From the NCBI GenBank assembly GCA_039801565.1, contig JBDRUX010000020.1, positions 5,969 through 30,153 of the forward strand: 24,185 bases of DNA, written 5' to 3'. Below the pieces are notes generated by a model. The model was given only the letters and a program-made list of their open reading frames with translations. It ran no database searches and had not been told where the DNA came from. The stretch comes from a candidate division WOR-3 bacterium. GTDB taxonomy: Bacteria > Hydrothermota > Tepidihabitantia > Tepidihabitantales > JAOUPE01. Each line of letters starts with the position of its first letter. Position 1 is the first letter of the stretch. Both the position numbers and the translations under genes were made by a program. Below are positions 15,510 through 24,185 of this stretch, one piece after another.

Positions 15510-16460
15510 TTGACAGGGGAAATTTTAATGCCAAAATTAGATATGCGATTAAATAATTTAGTTTACCCCAAAAGCCTAAAAGCGAAAAAGTTCATCCGAA
15601 CCGAATTGCACCGCCTCACCAAATCACTTTGGTTTATTGGCACTATTCTAATTTTAGCCAATTTGGTCTTGTGTTATAAAACCTATGATGTGAAGAGTCA
15701 ATTTCCAACATTCAGTTTGACCCTGATTGACTCTTTGCGACTTTTCAATCCGGTATCGACGATGACCTTAGATACCGATGGCGGGATTCTGCTTTTGGAG
15801 GTGTCCGGAACAAAAATTCTTAAGACTGCCAGTAATTTAAAAATCATTGATTCGATTATCTTGCCCCAAAAAATCTTTTACCCAAAAGGGATTAGTGCTG
15901 ATGAGTTTTTCATTTATATCTATAACGATAATAACTTTTATCGGTTTGACCGTAAGAATTACACCTTAAAACCAATCTATTCGGGTCTTCGTCCGGAAGG
16001 GATGGCAGTAGTGAATGCCAATGAAGTCTATCTTGCCGACCCCCAAAATAATCGTATCATCAAAGTTGATGCCACTGGTATGGCGAAAGACTTTATTAAA
16101 GAATCGGCAGGCCGTTTTTCACCAACTGGTTTAGCCTATGACAACCGCAATGGCACAATTTGGCTAATCAATAACCAAAACCAAACGATAGAATCTTATA
16201 ATCGAATCGGTAATCTGAAGGCACGGATTTCAATCTTTAACTACACGTTTAGCAAAATTGGCTTAGGTGAGAACGATTGTGTCTATTTGATTGGTAAAAA
16301 TGGTACAGTAATTTGGCGAATTGACCGTAAGGGTGAATTTAGAATTTATCAAGGGACCGACAAAAGTAATTTTGTCGCCACCGATATGCTTATTAGCAAA
16401 GAACGCATCTATATCCTTGATTACCAGAATCGTCTTTTGGCATTTAAAATACCACACTAA
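15510..16460 (+). CDS. NHL/beta-propeller repeat exported protein (true start probably ATG 15528 or 15543)
   Basis: Hydrophobic N-segment. Repeated PxGxAx..xYxAD..NxRI motifs (YPKGISAD, RPEGMAV..VYLADPQNNRI, SPTGLAYD). Confidence 0.75.
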   Translation: MTGEILMPKLDMRLNNLVYPKSLKAKKFIRTELHRLTKSLWFIGTILILANLVLCYKTYDVKSQFPTFSLTLIDSLRLFNPVSTMTLDTDGGILLLEVSGTKILKTASNLKIIDSIILPQKIFYPKGISADEFFIYIYNDNNFYRFDRKNYTLKPIYSGLRPEGMAVVNANEVYLADPQNNRIIKVDATGMAKDFIKESAGRFSPTGLAYDNRNGTIWLINNQNQTIESYNRIGNLKARISIFNYTFSKIGLGENDCVYLIGKNGTVIWRIDRKGEFRIYQGTDKSNFVATDMLISKERIYILDYQNRLLAFKIPH

Positions 16461-16481
16461 ATTCGGCAAAAAGTAATAGAA

Positions 16482-19400
16482 GTGACCAAGAATATTACTG
16501 ACATTAAATCTTTAATTCTTATCGGTCTTTTAATAACCAGTTATAGTTTCGCCAACTTGAGACGAGAGGTGGTATTTTATGGACAAAATAGCCCCGGCCC
16601 TTATGCTTTACCCGACCGATTCATCCTAATCGCATCGGATTCAGTCTTTATTAATGACACTTTACAGAGTAAAGATGTCTATCAATTAGACTACGAAGCC
16701 GGCACGATTCTTTTTACTTATAACCTAACTGAATCAACTAAAGTTCTTATTCATTACCAAAGAATTCCATTTTTGAATCCAAGTCCGTTATTTCGCTTTC
16801 GGCTGGAGTCGGATACTGAATCAATAGTACCACCGATAAACAATGAAGGCTCTTTGCGTCGCCAAGAAGAATCATTACCTACCGATGATGGCGAATTGAT
16901 GATAAGTGGTTCTAAGACCTTAGGTTTTTCGGTTGGTAGTGAGCAGGGGTTAGGAATTGAGCAGGCGACTCGATTACAGGTAAGTGGTGGGTTATCTGGG
17001 GTTGAAATTGAGGCAGCACTTTCTGACCAGAGTTCGCCAATCTCACCCGAAGGAACGACCAAAGAGATTACAGAATTGGATAAAATTTGGATAAACATCC
17101 GAAGTGGTGGCTTGAATGGCACCTTTGGTGATTACGATTTGGCAACTGATTTCGGTCGCTGGGGCGCAATTACTCGGCGGGGTAGCGGGGTTCAGATTAA
17201 AGGCAATTTCGATAAAAAAAATTTCCAGTGTTTTTTTACCAGGCCAAAAGGAAAATTCCGGCGCTTAATTTTTAATGGTAAAGACGGTATCCAAGGACCG
17301 TATCGGCTGACCGGGGAGGAAAGTTTTATATCAATTGTACCAGCCAGCGAGGTCGTCTATCTTAATGGCGAAAGGATGAACCGAGGTTGGGACGAAGATT
17401 ATACGATTGATTACTCTTCTGCCGAACTCACTTTCACCAATAAGCGAATCATTACCAGCAACACGCGCATCGAGGTAAATTATGAATATACCTTTGATGC
17501 CTACTACCGGTCAGCCTTAGGTTTAAGTGGTAGGTATCAATTATCGCCCTTTTATTTTGGAACTGGTATCTTTCAGGAATCGGATAACCAAAATCAAAGC
17601 CTTGCCTATACGCTGGGGCGGGCAGATATCGAATCGCTCTCGGTCATTGGTGATGACACAAGCCGTGCCTGGTTAGATGGTGGAAAGTTCGTCGGGCAAA
17701 ATCAAGGTGACTACCGAAAAATCGGCGACCATTATGTTTATGCTGGCCGAAATCTTGGCGATTATGATGTCACTTTCACCTATGTCGGTGATTCTTTAGG
17801 TGATTATATCTACGATGATAGTATCTATGTTTATATTGGAGCCAATCAGGGGCAATATGTAGCAAAGCGACGAATTATTTTACCCCAAAAGACTGAGATT
17901 TATTCCAGTGAATTAGGGATGGAAATGAATAATGGACTTAACTTAAATTTAACCGGTAGTATCAGTTTAACTGACCAAAATCTCTTTTCTGCCTTCGCTG
18001 ATGAAAATAATCGTGGGTTTGGCTATGGCACCGAACTTTTTTATGAAAAATCGAGTTATCGGATTGGTTATAAACGAAAATACACTTCAGTCAATTTTAC
18101 TCCATTATTAAAAAATCAGGAGATTGACTTTAGTTACCACTGGGGCGATTTAGCAGAGATGGAAAGATTAACGAGCGATGAAATTTTCGGTTTTATTAAA
18201 CCATTTGATTTCTTTACCCTTGATGGTTCAGCCGGTTGGCTTTTGACCCCTAAAAAAGAACGACAGAAGAGACTTAATCTCGGCACGAAACTTTTCTGGG
18301 CGGGTTACCAATTGAACCGAGTGGCAGATATCTTAAGGCAGAATTTAACTTTAAGTCCAACGATTAAATCGTTCTCACCAAAGTTAGCAATTCTCAAGGA
18401 AGACCGAACATCTTTAAGACGCTTGGCAGTAAGCCCACAATTAGGATTTACACCAAAAGCGAATTGGCGGACAACTTTTTCCTTTGAGCAAGAGAAAACC
18501 ACCTTTTTTTCCAGTGGGCAGAACGAAAACTTAAGACGCCTTTATAAGTTTGATTTAGACGCCAAACCAATTACCAATTTCATAGTCAACGGAGTTTTGG
18601 GTTTTCAGCAATTTCAAAGTCTTACTGGCGATTGGCAACAATATTTTGCCGACCTTGCCAGCAACTTCACATTGCCCAAAGGTCTTTCCTTACGAATTGA
18701 CCATCACCGCACTAATCAGCAAAGCGAAATGAAACAAGAACGTTTTATTCCGGTAGATTCTGGGACCGGCAATTATCGCCGAAACCCTGAGACCGGTACA
18801 TTCTTCCCAGATTCTAACGGTGATTACAAACGGATTGTCGAACCAACTGGAATAATGGGTCGAAGCCAAAGACAGGATTGGCAAGCCAATTGTAATTTCA
18901 CAATGTTTGAATATTGGGACTTTAACGGCTTTTTGAATTTTACCGCCGAAGCGTCCGATACCGAACAACTATTCCGAATTTATAACCACAATGCTCGATT
19001 CGGTATCTTTCCAATGCCAAAAGCTAAGAGAATTACTTTTTATTTAATCAACAATTACGATTCCAGGGTTGATTATCGCTATACCCAAGAGAGGAGTTGG
19101 CAAAATCAAAATGGCTTTGAGGTTTGGCTTTCGGCAAACGAAAATTTAAGCCTAAAGACTGGGTTAGAGTATAATTTGATTCATAAGGAATTCACTATTA
19201 CCCGGTTGTTAAACCGAGCTACTGAGCGTAAGATTAGTTTTGAGCCTTATGTTGGATATAATTTGGATTTGGAACTCTTTTTAAGTCAAAGTTGGCGCGA
19301 TGTGGTTTATACCGGTTATGATAAATTTCAGTTACGAGTTACTGTTCTTGGTGTTAGACGCTATTTTCGACTAAAAAAAGATATCACATTATCGGTAAAG

Positions 19401-19610
19401 AGTTCGTTAACGCGCCGGACCGCTGATGTTACAGACCTGCCATTTGAGATTAGCTTTCAGCAACCGTTAGGCATTACGCCCGAGATTAATTTAAATTTTG
19501 ACCAGATTTTGAGTAAGGAGTTAGTCTTTTCGGCTGGGTATAATTTTATTGACCGGCCTAACCAAAGGGCTGAACATAGCCTATCGGCCAATCTCCGTGC
19601 CTATTTCTAA
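16482..19610 (+). CDS. Large outer-membrane beta-barrel protein of unknown function
   Basis: Signal peptide. Two Ig-like 'V..NG..DY.IDY..G.I.F' modules. ISGSKT..LSDQSSPISPEGTT region. Amphipathic strands and terminal LRAYF (BAM-type C-terminal Phe). Confidence 0.7.
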   Translation: MTKNITDIKSLILIGLLITSYSFANLRREVVFYGQNSPGPYALPDRFILIASDSVFINDTLQSKDVYQLDYEAGTILFTYNLTESTKVLIHYQRIPFLNPSPLFRFRLESDTESIVPPINNEGSLRRQEESLPTDDGELMISGSKTLGFSVGSEQGLGIEQATRLQVSGGLSGVEIEAALSDQSSPISPEGTTKEITELDKIWINIRSGGLNGTFGDYDLATDFGRWGAITRRGSGVQIKGNFDKKNFQCFFTRPKGKFRRLIFNGKDGIQGPYRLTGEESFISIVPASEVVYLNGERMNRGWDEDYTIDYSSAELTFTNKRIITSNTRIEVNYEYTFDAYYRSALGLSGRYQLSPFYFGTGIFQESDNQNQSLAYTLGRADIESLSVIGDDTSRAWLDGGKFVGQNQGDYRKIGDHYVYAGRNLGDYDVTFTYVGDSLGDYIYDDSIYVYIGANQGQYVAKRRIILPQKTEIYSSELGMEMNNGLNLNLTGSISLTDQNLFSAFADENNRGFGYGTELFYEKSSYRIGYKRKYTSVNFTPLLKNQEIDFSYHWGDLAEMERLTSDEIFGFIKPFDFFTLDGSAGWLLTPKKERQKRLNLGTKLFWAGYQLNRVADILRQNLTLSPTIKSFSPKLAILKEDRTSLRRLAVSPQLGFTPKANWRTTFSFEQEKTTFFSSGQNENLRRLYKFDLDAKPITNFIVNGVLGFQQFQSLTGDWQQYFADLASNFTLPKGLSLRIDHHRTNQQSEMKQERFIPVDSGTGNYRRNPETGTFFPDSNGDYKRIVEPTGIMGRSQRQDWQANCNFTMFEYWDFNGFLNFTAEASDTEQLFRIYNHNARFGIFPMPKAKRITFYLINNYDSRVDYRYTQERSWQNQNGFEVWLSANENLSLKTGLEYNLIHKEFTITRLLNRATERKISFEPYVGYNLDLELFLSQSWRDVVYTGYDKFQLRVTVLGVRRYFRLKKDITLSVKSSLTRRTADVTDLPFEISFQQPLGITPEINLNFDQILSKELVFSAGYNFIDRPNQRAEHSLSANLRAYF

Positions 19611-19715
19611 AATTAAGGCTTTCCCAGTGAGAAAAGGCGATAGTTTTTATACTGACATTTTTAATTTATGAGATAGGTTTCTAAGATTTTTGGGAAACTC
19701 CGGTTACGCAAAGGC

Positions 19716-19743
19716 TTGACTGGTTATTGAAAGTGATTACAAT
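19716..19743 (+). promoter_or_regulatory. sigma70-type promoter upstream of R-M cluster
   Basis: TTGACT, 16 bp spacer, TACAAT. Confidence 0.55.
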
Positions 19744-19760
19744 ATCAGTAAAGAATTAAA

Positions 19761-19853
19761 ATGTCCAGTCGACTGATAGAATTATTTAACGACGAGATAC
19801 TTATCACCGAATTAAAAATTTCAAGAACCGAAGCAGTGAAAAGGAGGTTTTAA
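19761..19853 (+). pseudogene. 30-aa ORF, possible N-terminal remnant of a ThaI-family restriction endonuclease
   Basis: MSSRLIELFNDEILITELK. The resemblance to ThaI-family N-termini is recalled, not searched. Confidence 0.3.
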
Positions 19854-19856
19854 GAA

Positions 19857-20105
19857 ATGAGTAATAAAAAGAAAAATAGAAGAAAACGATGTAAAAATTG
19901 TCACCAGATTTTAGACCGTATTTGGTTTACTGCTTTAATGACTGAAGAATGGGCTTGGAATGGCGAAGGCTATAATGAATGTAGTGCAAGGCATAGTCTG
20001 GTTACTGATACCCAACAGCCGGTTCTTTGTCCTTACTGCGAAACAGTGGTTGGGACCGGTTGCGACTTTGGGTTTGGCAAAGACTTCAAAAATTCAGATA
20101 AATAA
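19857..20105 (+). CDS. Small putative zinc-binding protein
   Basis: AAGGAGG RBS. CKNC and CPYC pairs. Basic N-terminus. Confidence 0.7.
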   Translation: MSNKKKNRRKRCKNCHQILDRIWFTALMTEEWAWNGEGYNECSARHSLVTDTQQPVLCPYCETVVGTGCDFGFGKDFKNSDK

Positions 20106-20118
20106 AATAAATTAATGT

Positions 20119-20949
20119 ATGTCAACTTTTGAGCTCGGATCGGCTACGGCAAAAGGCGGGTTTGCTAACGAAAAGGCAGTTTGCGCTAAGTTTAATAACT
20201 GGAAAAACGATAATGAAGCTCAGATTTGGCTTAAAATAATGGGGTATAATCCTAAAAATCTCGAATCGGTGGAAGCAGTTCAGATTCCAATTAGAATAAA
20301 AAGAGAAGATGCCGAACAATTGGGACTCGATGACGACTTTGAGGAATTAATGAAATTTAAAAAGGCAGATGCTCAGATTAGAATTAAGATAACGATTGGT
20401 AATATAACTAAAATTGAAAATATATCACTGAAAAAAGCTAATCGGGATGCTGACTTCAATCAAGTAGACAAACGGTGGGTAGATTCGTATAAAGAAATAT
20501 GGGGATTTGATGATGAAATTGCCTTCGGTTTAAAACTTTTCACGGGCGAGATAAGACCTAATGCATATCCTGAAATAACAAAGGGTAAAAAATTAAGAGA
20601 CGAGCGCCGGTTATTCTTTGATGAACTCCCAGAATATTTAGCTAACAAAATTATAAAATTTTTCACCGAAAACAAGATTCTTATAGTTAGTGATGTGATA
20701 AAAGGACGGGGTGGATTATCAGCTAATTGGATGCTTGTTACAAGATATAATAAAACCGATGATACTACTACTTGGATACTAAAGGATATAAATACAGTGA
20801 TGAATTTTTTCGGTTCGGGTGAAGTTACAATATCACCAAAGGGAAGTTTATATATAGGAAAAATCACGGTAATGCGAAAAGGTGGAACTCCCGACCCAAC
20901 AAAATTGCAATTTAAGATAAAACCTTGTGCCTTATTTAACCTGAAATGA
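20119..20949 (+). CDS. Type II restriction endonuclease, HinP1I family
   Basis: ELGSATAKGGFANE..FNNWK..EAQIWL..MG, FNQVDKRW, FTGE, KGRGGLSANW, SPKGS, RKGG..LQFKIKP follow R.HinP1I motifs. Confidence 0.85.
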   Translation: MSTFELGSATAKGGFANEKAVCAKFNNWKNDNEAQIWLKIMGYNPKNLESVEAVQIPIRIKREDAEQLGLDDDFEELMKFKKADAQIRIKITIGNITKIENISLKKANRDADFNQVDKRWVDSYKEIWGFDDEIAFGLKLFTGEIRPNAYPEITKGKKLRDERRLFFDELPEYLANKIIKFFTENKILIVSDVIKGRGGLSANWMLVTRYNKTDDTTTWILKDINTVMNFFGSGEVTISPKGSLYIGKITVMRKGGTPDPTKLQFKIKPCALFNLK

Positions 20950-22835
20950 ATATGCTTTGCCTGGCAAAGGTGAAATTCGATTTAAGAGACCCGGATGAGC
21001 TTTATTTTGCCCAACGAGAGATAGATAGTTTGTTAGGCATAAAGACCAAATTCGTTAAGACTATCGCTTCGTTGGTTCGCGAGAAACCATTTAGGTTACT
21101 TGATGATGAGGTTATTCACCTAATAACCAGATTGGTCTATATGGGTGAAGGGCAGGGATATTTTGCTGAATTGCCGGTTCGCGAAATGACAAGTATTGTA
21201 AAAAGGGCGACTTTTTTTCGAGAAATTTATCTAATTTTAGAAACTGAAAATAATTCGGAAACGGCGCGAGACTTATTATCAAAAATTGGAATAAGCATTT
21301 CGGCTATAGATTTCGAGAATGCCCAAATAGACCCAAACCCTTATACGCAAATATTCTTTAAAAAGTTGTCAGAAAACAGGCAATTAATTACAATTAGATT
21401 TATACCCTTTCAAACGCTTTTTGAATATGCAACCGAGGTAAAAAAACTCCCTGCTGTGGTATTCCGTCCCCAAAATAGCGAAAATTGGGTTGATTATTTT
21501 AAAGAGAAGGAAAATGGTATTGATAAAGGTTTAAAAGAACTATTTGAACACTTGAAAACCGGTCACTATCGTTCGCCTCACTTTGGGCTTGGCAAAAATC
21601 ATATTGGTGACTTTGTGGATTGGGCATCAACTGATTTAAGAAAACCTTTTCTTCATTATCTTCATAAATATAAAGGCAAGGGCGACCCAAGAATTTCTCG
21701 TGCTTTAATTAATCTGCTTGAAGTAAAAGAAGGTGATACAATCCTTGACCCATTTGTCGGTTCTGGTGCTTTTATTGCCGATGCTCCAACAATGGGGATA
21801 AATGCGGTTGGTATCGAAGTCCTAAACATTGGAAAGATGATTGCCGAGGTTAAATGTAATCTCGGTATTGATATTACTAATCTCCGAGATGCAATAATAA
21901 AACTATTTGAATCAATTGACGATCCGTTACTCAAAGAAAATATAAGAAATGAGATGATTGATTTTAAAGATAAAATCAGCAAGAATGCCAATAGCACCTA
22001 TAAAAAAATTGAACCCCATCTCAGCAAGATTTTGCTACTTAAAAATCAAATTGAAAAGATAAAAGATGCCGATGCCAGAAAATTTCTCTTGATTCTTTTA
22101 AGCCAGCAAGTTGTTGAGTATTCAGAGAAGGCGCGAGCTTGGGATATTGTCAATGCCTTCAAATCTTATGTTGAAGATAGATATTTGGTTTTATATTCTA
22201 CCCAAAAACTTGCCGAGATACTAAAAGTAAATCTTCGCCAAGGCAAGATTAAAATCATTAAAGGCGATTCTACTAATATGAGAGGTATCGAAGACAATTA
22301 TTTTGATGGGATACTAACTTCGCCACCATATTTTGATGCCTTAGATTACATTGGTAACAATAAAATTTCGATTCTAATTTTGGGGTTAGAAGAAGACTTG
22401 GCTTGGGAATCGACCAGACAATTTTATGAGGCCAAGCATCGTGACGAAGAAGAGTACGAAAAATTACCCCTTTTTGTCAGCGATAAATATTTTTCCATAC
22501 AATTGCCACCATCAAGTATAAAACTTATAAAACTATTAGAGAGGGCACGTCGGTATTCCAAAGCCAAAGTCGTTGAAAACTATCTGAAGATGATGAAACT
22601 TTCATTTGCTGAGTGTTATCGGGTTTTGAAAAATAATAAGTATTACTTAATGGTGGTGAGCAAATACCACAAATGGCTAATAAATGGACAAGAGCAGATA
22701 ATTGAAACTTCTTCAATTTTAGCAGATTTAGGAAAATCAGTCGGCTTCAAATTGATGGACACTATTGAACACGGCTTATCGAAAGCCGATAAAGGGAAAA
22801 TTGGGGTAGAGGACATATTGGTTTTTCAAAAATAG
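20946..22835 (+). CDS. Amino-DNA methyltransferase (probably N4-cytosine) with long N-terminal extension
   Basis: Motif I LDPFVGSG precedes motif IV TSPPY. ATGA overlap with the endonuclease gene. Confidence 0.85.
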   Translation: MNMLCLAKVKFDLRDPDELYFAQREIDSLLGIKTKFVKTIASLVREKPFRLLDDEVIHLITRLVYMGEGQGYFAELPVREMTSIVKRATFFREIYLILETENNSETARDLLSKIGISISAIDFENAQIDPNPYTQIFFKKLSENRQLITIRFIPFQTLFEYATEVKKLPAVVFRPQNSENWVDYFKEKENGIDKGLKELFEHLKTGHYRSPHFGLGKNHIGDFVDWASTDLRKPFLHYLHKYKGKGDPRISRALINLLEVKEGDTILDPFVGSGAFIADAPTMGINAVGIEVLNIGKMIAEVKCNLGIDITNLRDAIIKLFESIDDPLLKENIRNEMIDFKDKISKNANSTYKKIEPHLSKILLLKNQIEKIKDADARKFLLILLSQQVVEYSEKARAWDIVNAFKSYVEDRYLVLYSTQKLAEILKVNLRQGKIKIIKGDSTNMRGIEDNYFDGILTSPPYFDALDYIGNNKISILILGLEEDLAWESTRQFYEAKHRDEEEYEKLPLFVSDKYFSIQLPPSSIKLIKLLERARRYSKAKVVENYLKMMKLSFAECYRVLKNNKYYLMVVSKYHKWLINGQEQIIETSSILADLGKSVGFKLMDTIEHGLSKADKGKIGVEDILVFQK

Positions 22836-22952
22836 AGTAACCAGCTAGCCTGCGGGTCGACTCCCGAAGTAGCCTATGTTAGCGGTTTTGAGTTAGTGCA
22901 AGACGTTATTTTTACTTATTCCTATCTTTTTGGCTAGTTGTATAGAAATTGG

Positions 22953-22980
22953 TTGACAAGTGGGCATAAAATATTACAAT
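22953..22980 (+). promoter_or_regulatory. sigma70-type promoter
   Basis: TTGACA, 16 bp spacer, TACAAT upstream of the protease gene. Confidence 0.65.
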
Positions 22981-23009
22981 GGTTATATAGCAATATAAAA
23001 AGGAGAAAA

Positions 23010-23395
23010 ATGGGTGACACATTTGTTAAAATAAAAGTGTCAAACTTAAAAAATGAAAAGAAAAAGGAAGTGGAAATATTAGTGGATACTGGTGCAACTT
23101 ATACCGCACTGCCCGAAGAGATACTTAACGAAATCGGTGTGGAAGCAACCGGTAAAATAAATATTGAATTTGCTAATGGCGCAGTTGAAGAACGATTGAC
23201 CGGTGCTGTGTGGATAGAAGTTGAGGGTAGAAGAGTACCTAATCCGGTAATCTTTGCCAAAAAAGGGATGCAATTGTCTTAGGACTAGTGACCCTTGAGT
23301 CCTGTGGTCTGACGGTCGATCCGGTGAGTAAAAAATTGGTCCCATTACCCAAAATTCATCATTATACAAATCGGCAAAAGCTTAGGTCGGATTGA
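23010..23395 (+). pseudogene. Clan AA (retropepsin-like) aspartic protease, frameshifted at 23259-23267
   Basis: AAGGAG RBS, ATG 23010, LVDTGAT. The -1 frame continues DAIVLGLVTLESCGLTVDPVSKKLVP.. to TGA 23395. Confidence 0.85.
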
Positions 23396-23407
23396 AAGAA
23401 GGTATAA

Positions 23408-23933
23408 ATGCCAATTTGTAGGAAATGCGGAAAAAAGTTTTCATTGTTGACAGCTAAAGGTTTTGGTAAGCAGGGCATGTGTAATAATTGTCAAGCAGAA
23501 GAAGAAAAAATTCGCTTTTCCTGATATAGCCTCTAAAAAACTACGATTTTTAAATTCCATCGTAGATTCAATTTGCATCTTGTGGCTCCAAAGATTAATC
23601 TTAATAGCAATAGTCGGGCTTAGTGTAAGACATTCAGCCACCGAGTGGTTACATTCAGCAACCGAGTGGTTGATTGAGTTGTTGATTATTTTCTCTTACT
23701 ATTTCTTTTTCGAAGCAATTTTCCAAAAAACACCTGGAAAATTTTTGACACAAACCAGAGTTACGGCGGTTGATGGCTCAAAGCCGGGCTTTGGCAGTTT
23801 GTTGCTTAGGACTTTGATAAGATTTATTCCATTTGAACCATTTTCTTTTTTAGAGAGAAGAAAAACTGGCTTGCATGATAGGTGGAGTAATACTTATGTA
23901 GCCGATGAGAGACTTGTTAGAGATAAAATTTAA
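23408..23933 (+). pseudogene. RDD-family membrane protein with N-terminal zinc ribbon, frameshifted near 23505-23519
   Basis: ATG 23408 gives MPICRKCG..MCNNCQAEEEK, stopping at 23524. The +1 frame has ASKKLRFLNSIVD..YYFFFE..TPGK..LHDRWSNTYV (RDD). Confidence 0.75.
23631..23672 (+). repeat. 21-bp in-frame tandem duplication (HSATEWL x2)
   Basis: cattcagccaccgagtggtta / cattcagcaaccgagtggttg. Confidence 0.9.
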
Positions 23934-24009
23934 TAGTGCCACGCAGGGAAGTGGTTATTGAAATGTCAATCTTCTTTACCGACCGAAAAATTTAGGTCAA
24001 AATTTTATA

Positions 24010-24185
24010 GGTCAAGTAACAGATTGTCTGCAAATTCATACTCCAATAGTTGATTTTTCGGTATCGGAAATACCGTTTTTTCGATCCCATTCTTCTAATT
24101 CTTTCATATCCAGATAAGAACCCTGACACGACCATTCCATAGTCTGCTCCATCGCTAATGCCGTCATCATTCTTAAACAAGACCG
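24010..24185 (-). mobile_element. IS256-family element, right end (partial)
   Basis: Terminal GGTCAAGTAACAGATTGTCTGCAAATT (24010-24036) abuts the transposase stop and resembles IS256-family inverted repeats. Confidence 0.6.
24036..24185 (-). CDS. IS256-family transposase C-terminus (partial)
   Basis: Frame missing from the track: RSCLRMMTALAMEQTMEWSCQGSYLDMKELEEW..*, matching the IS256 'S.LR...A...E..EEW....YL.M' tail. Confidence 0.65.
   Translation of the reverse strand, partial: RSCLRMMTALAMEQTMEWSCQGSYLDMKELEEWDRKNGISDTEKSTIGV

Noticed and set aside
22838..22885. attC-like site (TAAC..GTTAGC) after the MTase
   Set aside because: Too short, R boxes are off-consensus and no integrase is present. 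More likely an imperfect hairpin.
16263..23641. Minus-strand ORFs within the propeller, OMP, R-M, protease and RDD genes
   Set aside because: Antisense shadows of supported plus-strand genes.
23992..24180. 62-aa ORF from the track
   Set aside because: An overlapping frame (24036..24185) matches an IS256 transposase tail better.

Overview
AT-rich bacterial genomic window. Gene content (Por/FlgD-like C-terminal sorting domains, XRE family) suggests an FCB-associated lineage such as WOR-3, but this is inference. The left half (1-12560, minus strand) is a tandem array of four separately promoted modules. Each encodes a large secreted, mosaic, fibre/adhesin-like protein with a conserved 'NYQGKL' N-domain, a variable repeat shaft and a phage-tail-like C-domain. 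In the three complete modules it is followed by a near-identical 198-aa 'GGG..GQ..GFW' + sorting-domain partner and a terminator. One module also carries an HExxH metallopeptidase, and one has a sigma54-type promoter instead of sigma70. The middle holds an IS605-like end scar, a leaderless XRE gene with a palindromic operator, a 21x12-bp degenerate repeat, a HEPN-MNT pair, a patchwork of short repeats and an orphan sigma54/IHF promoter. The right half holds a beta-propeller gene, a large outer-membrane protein gene, a HinP1I-like endonuclease with an SPPY amino-methyltransferase, two frameshifted genes (clan AA aspartic protease; zinc-ribbon RDD protein) and the end of an IS256-family element. 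All family calls come from motif recognition by eye; no searches were run.
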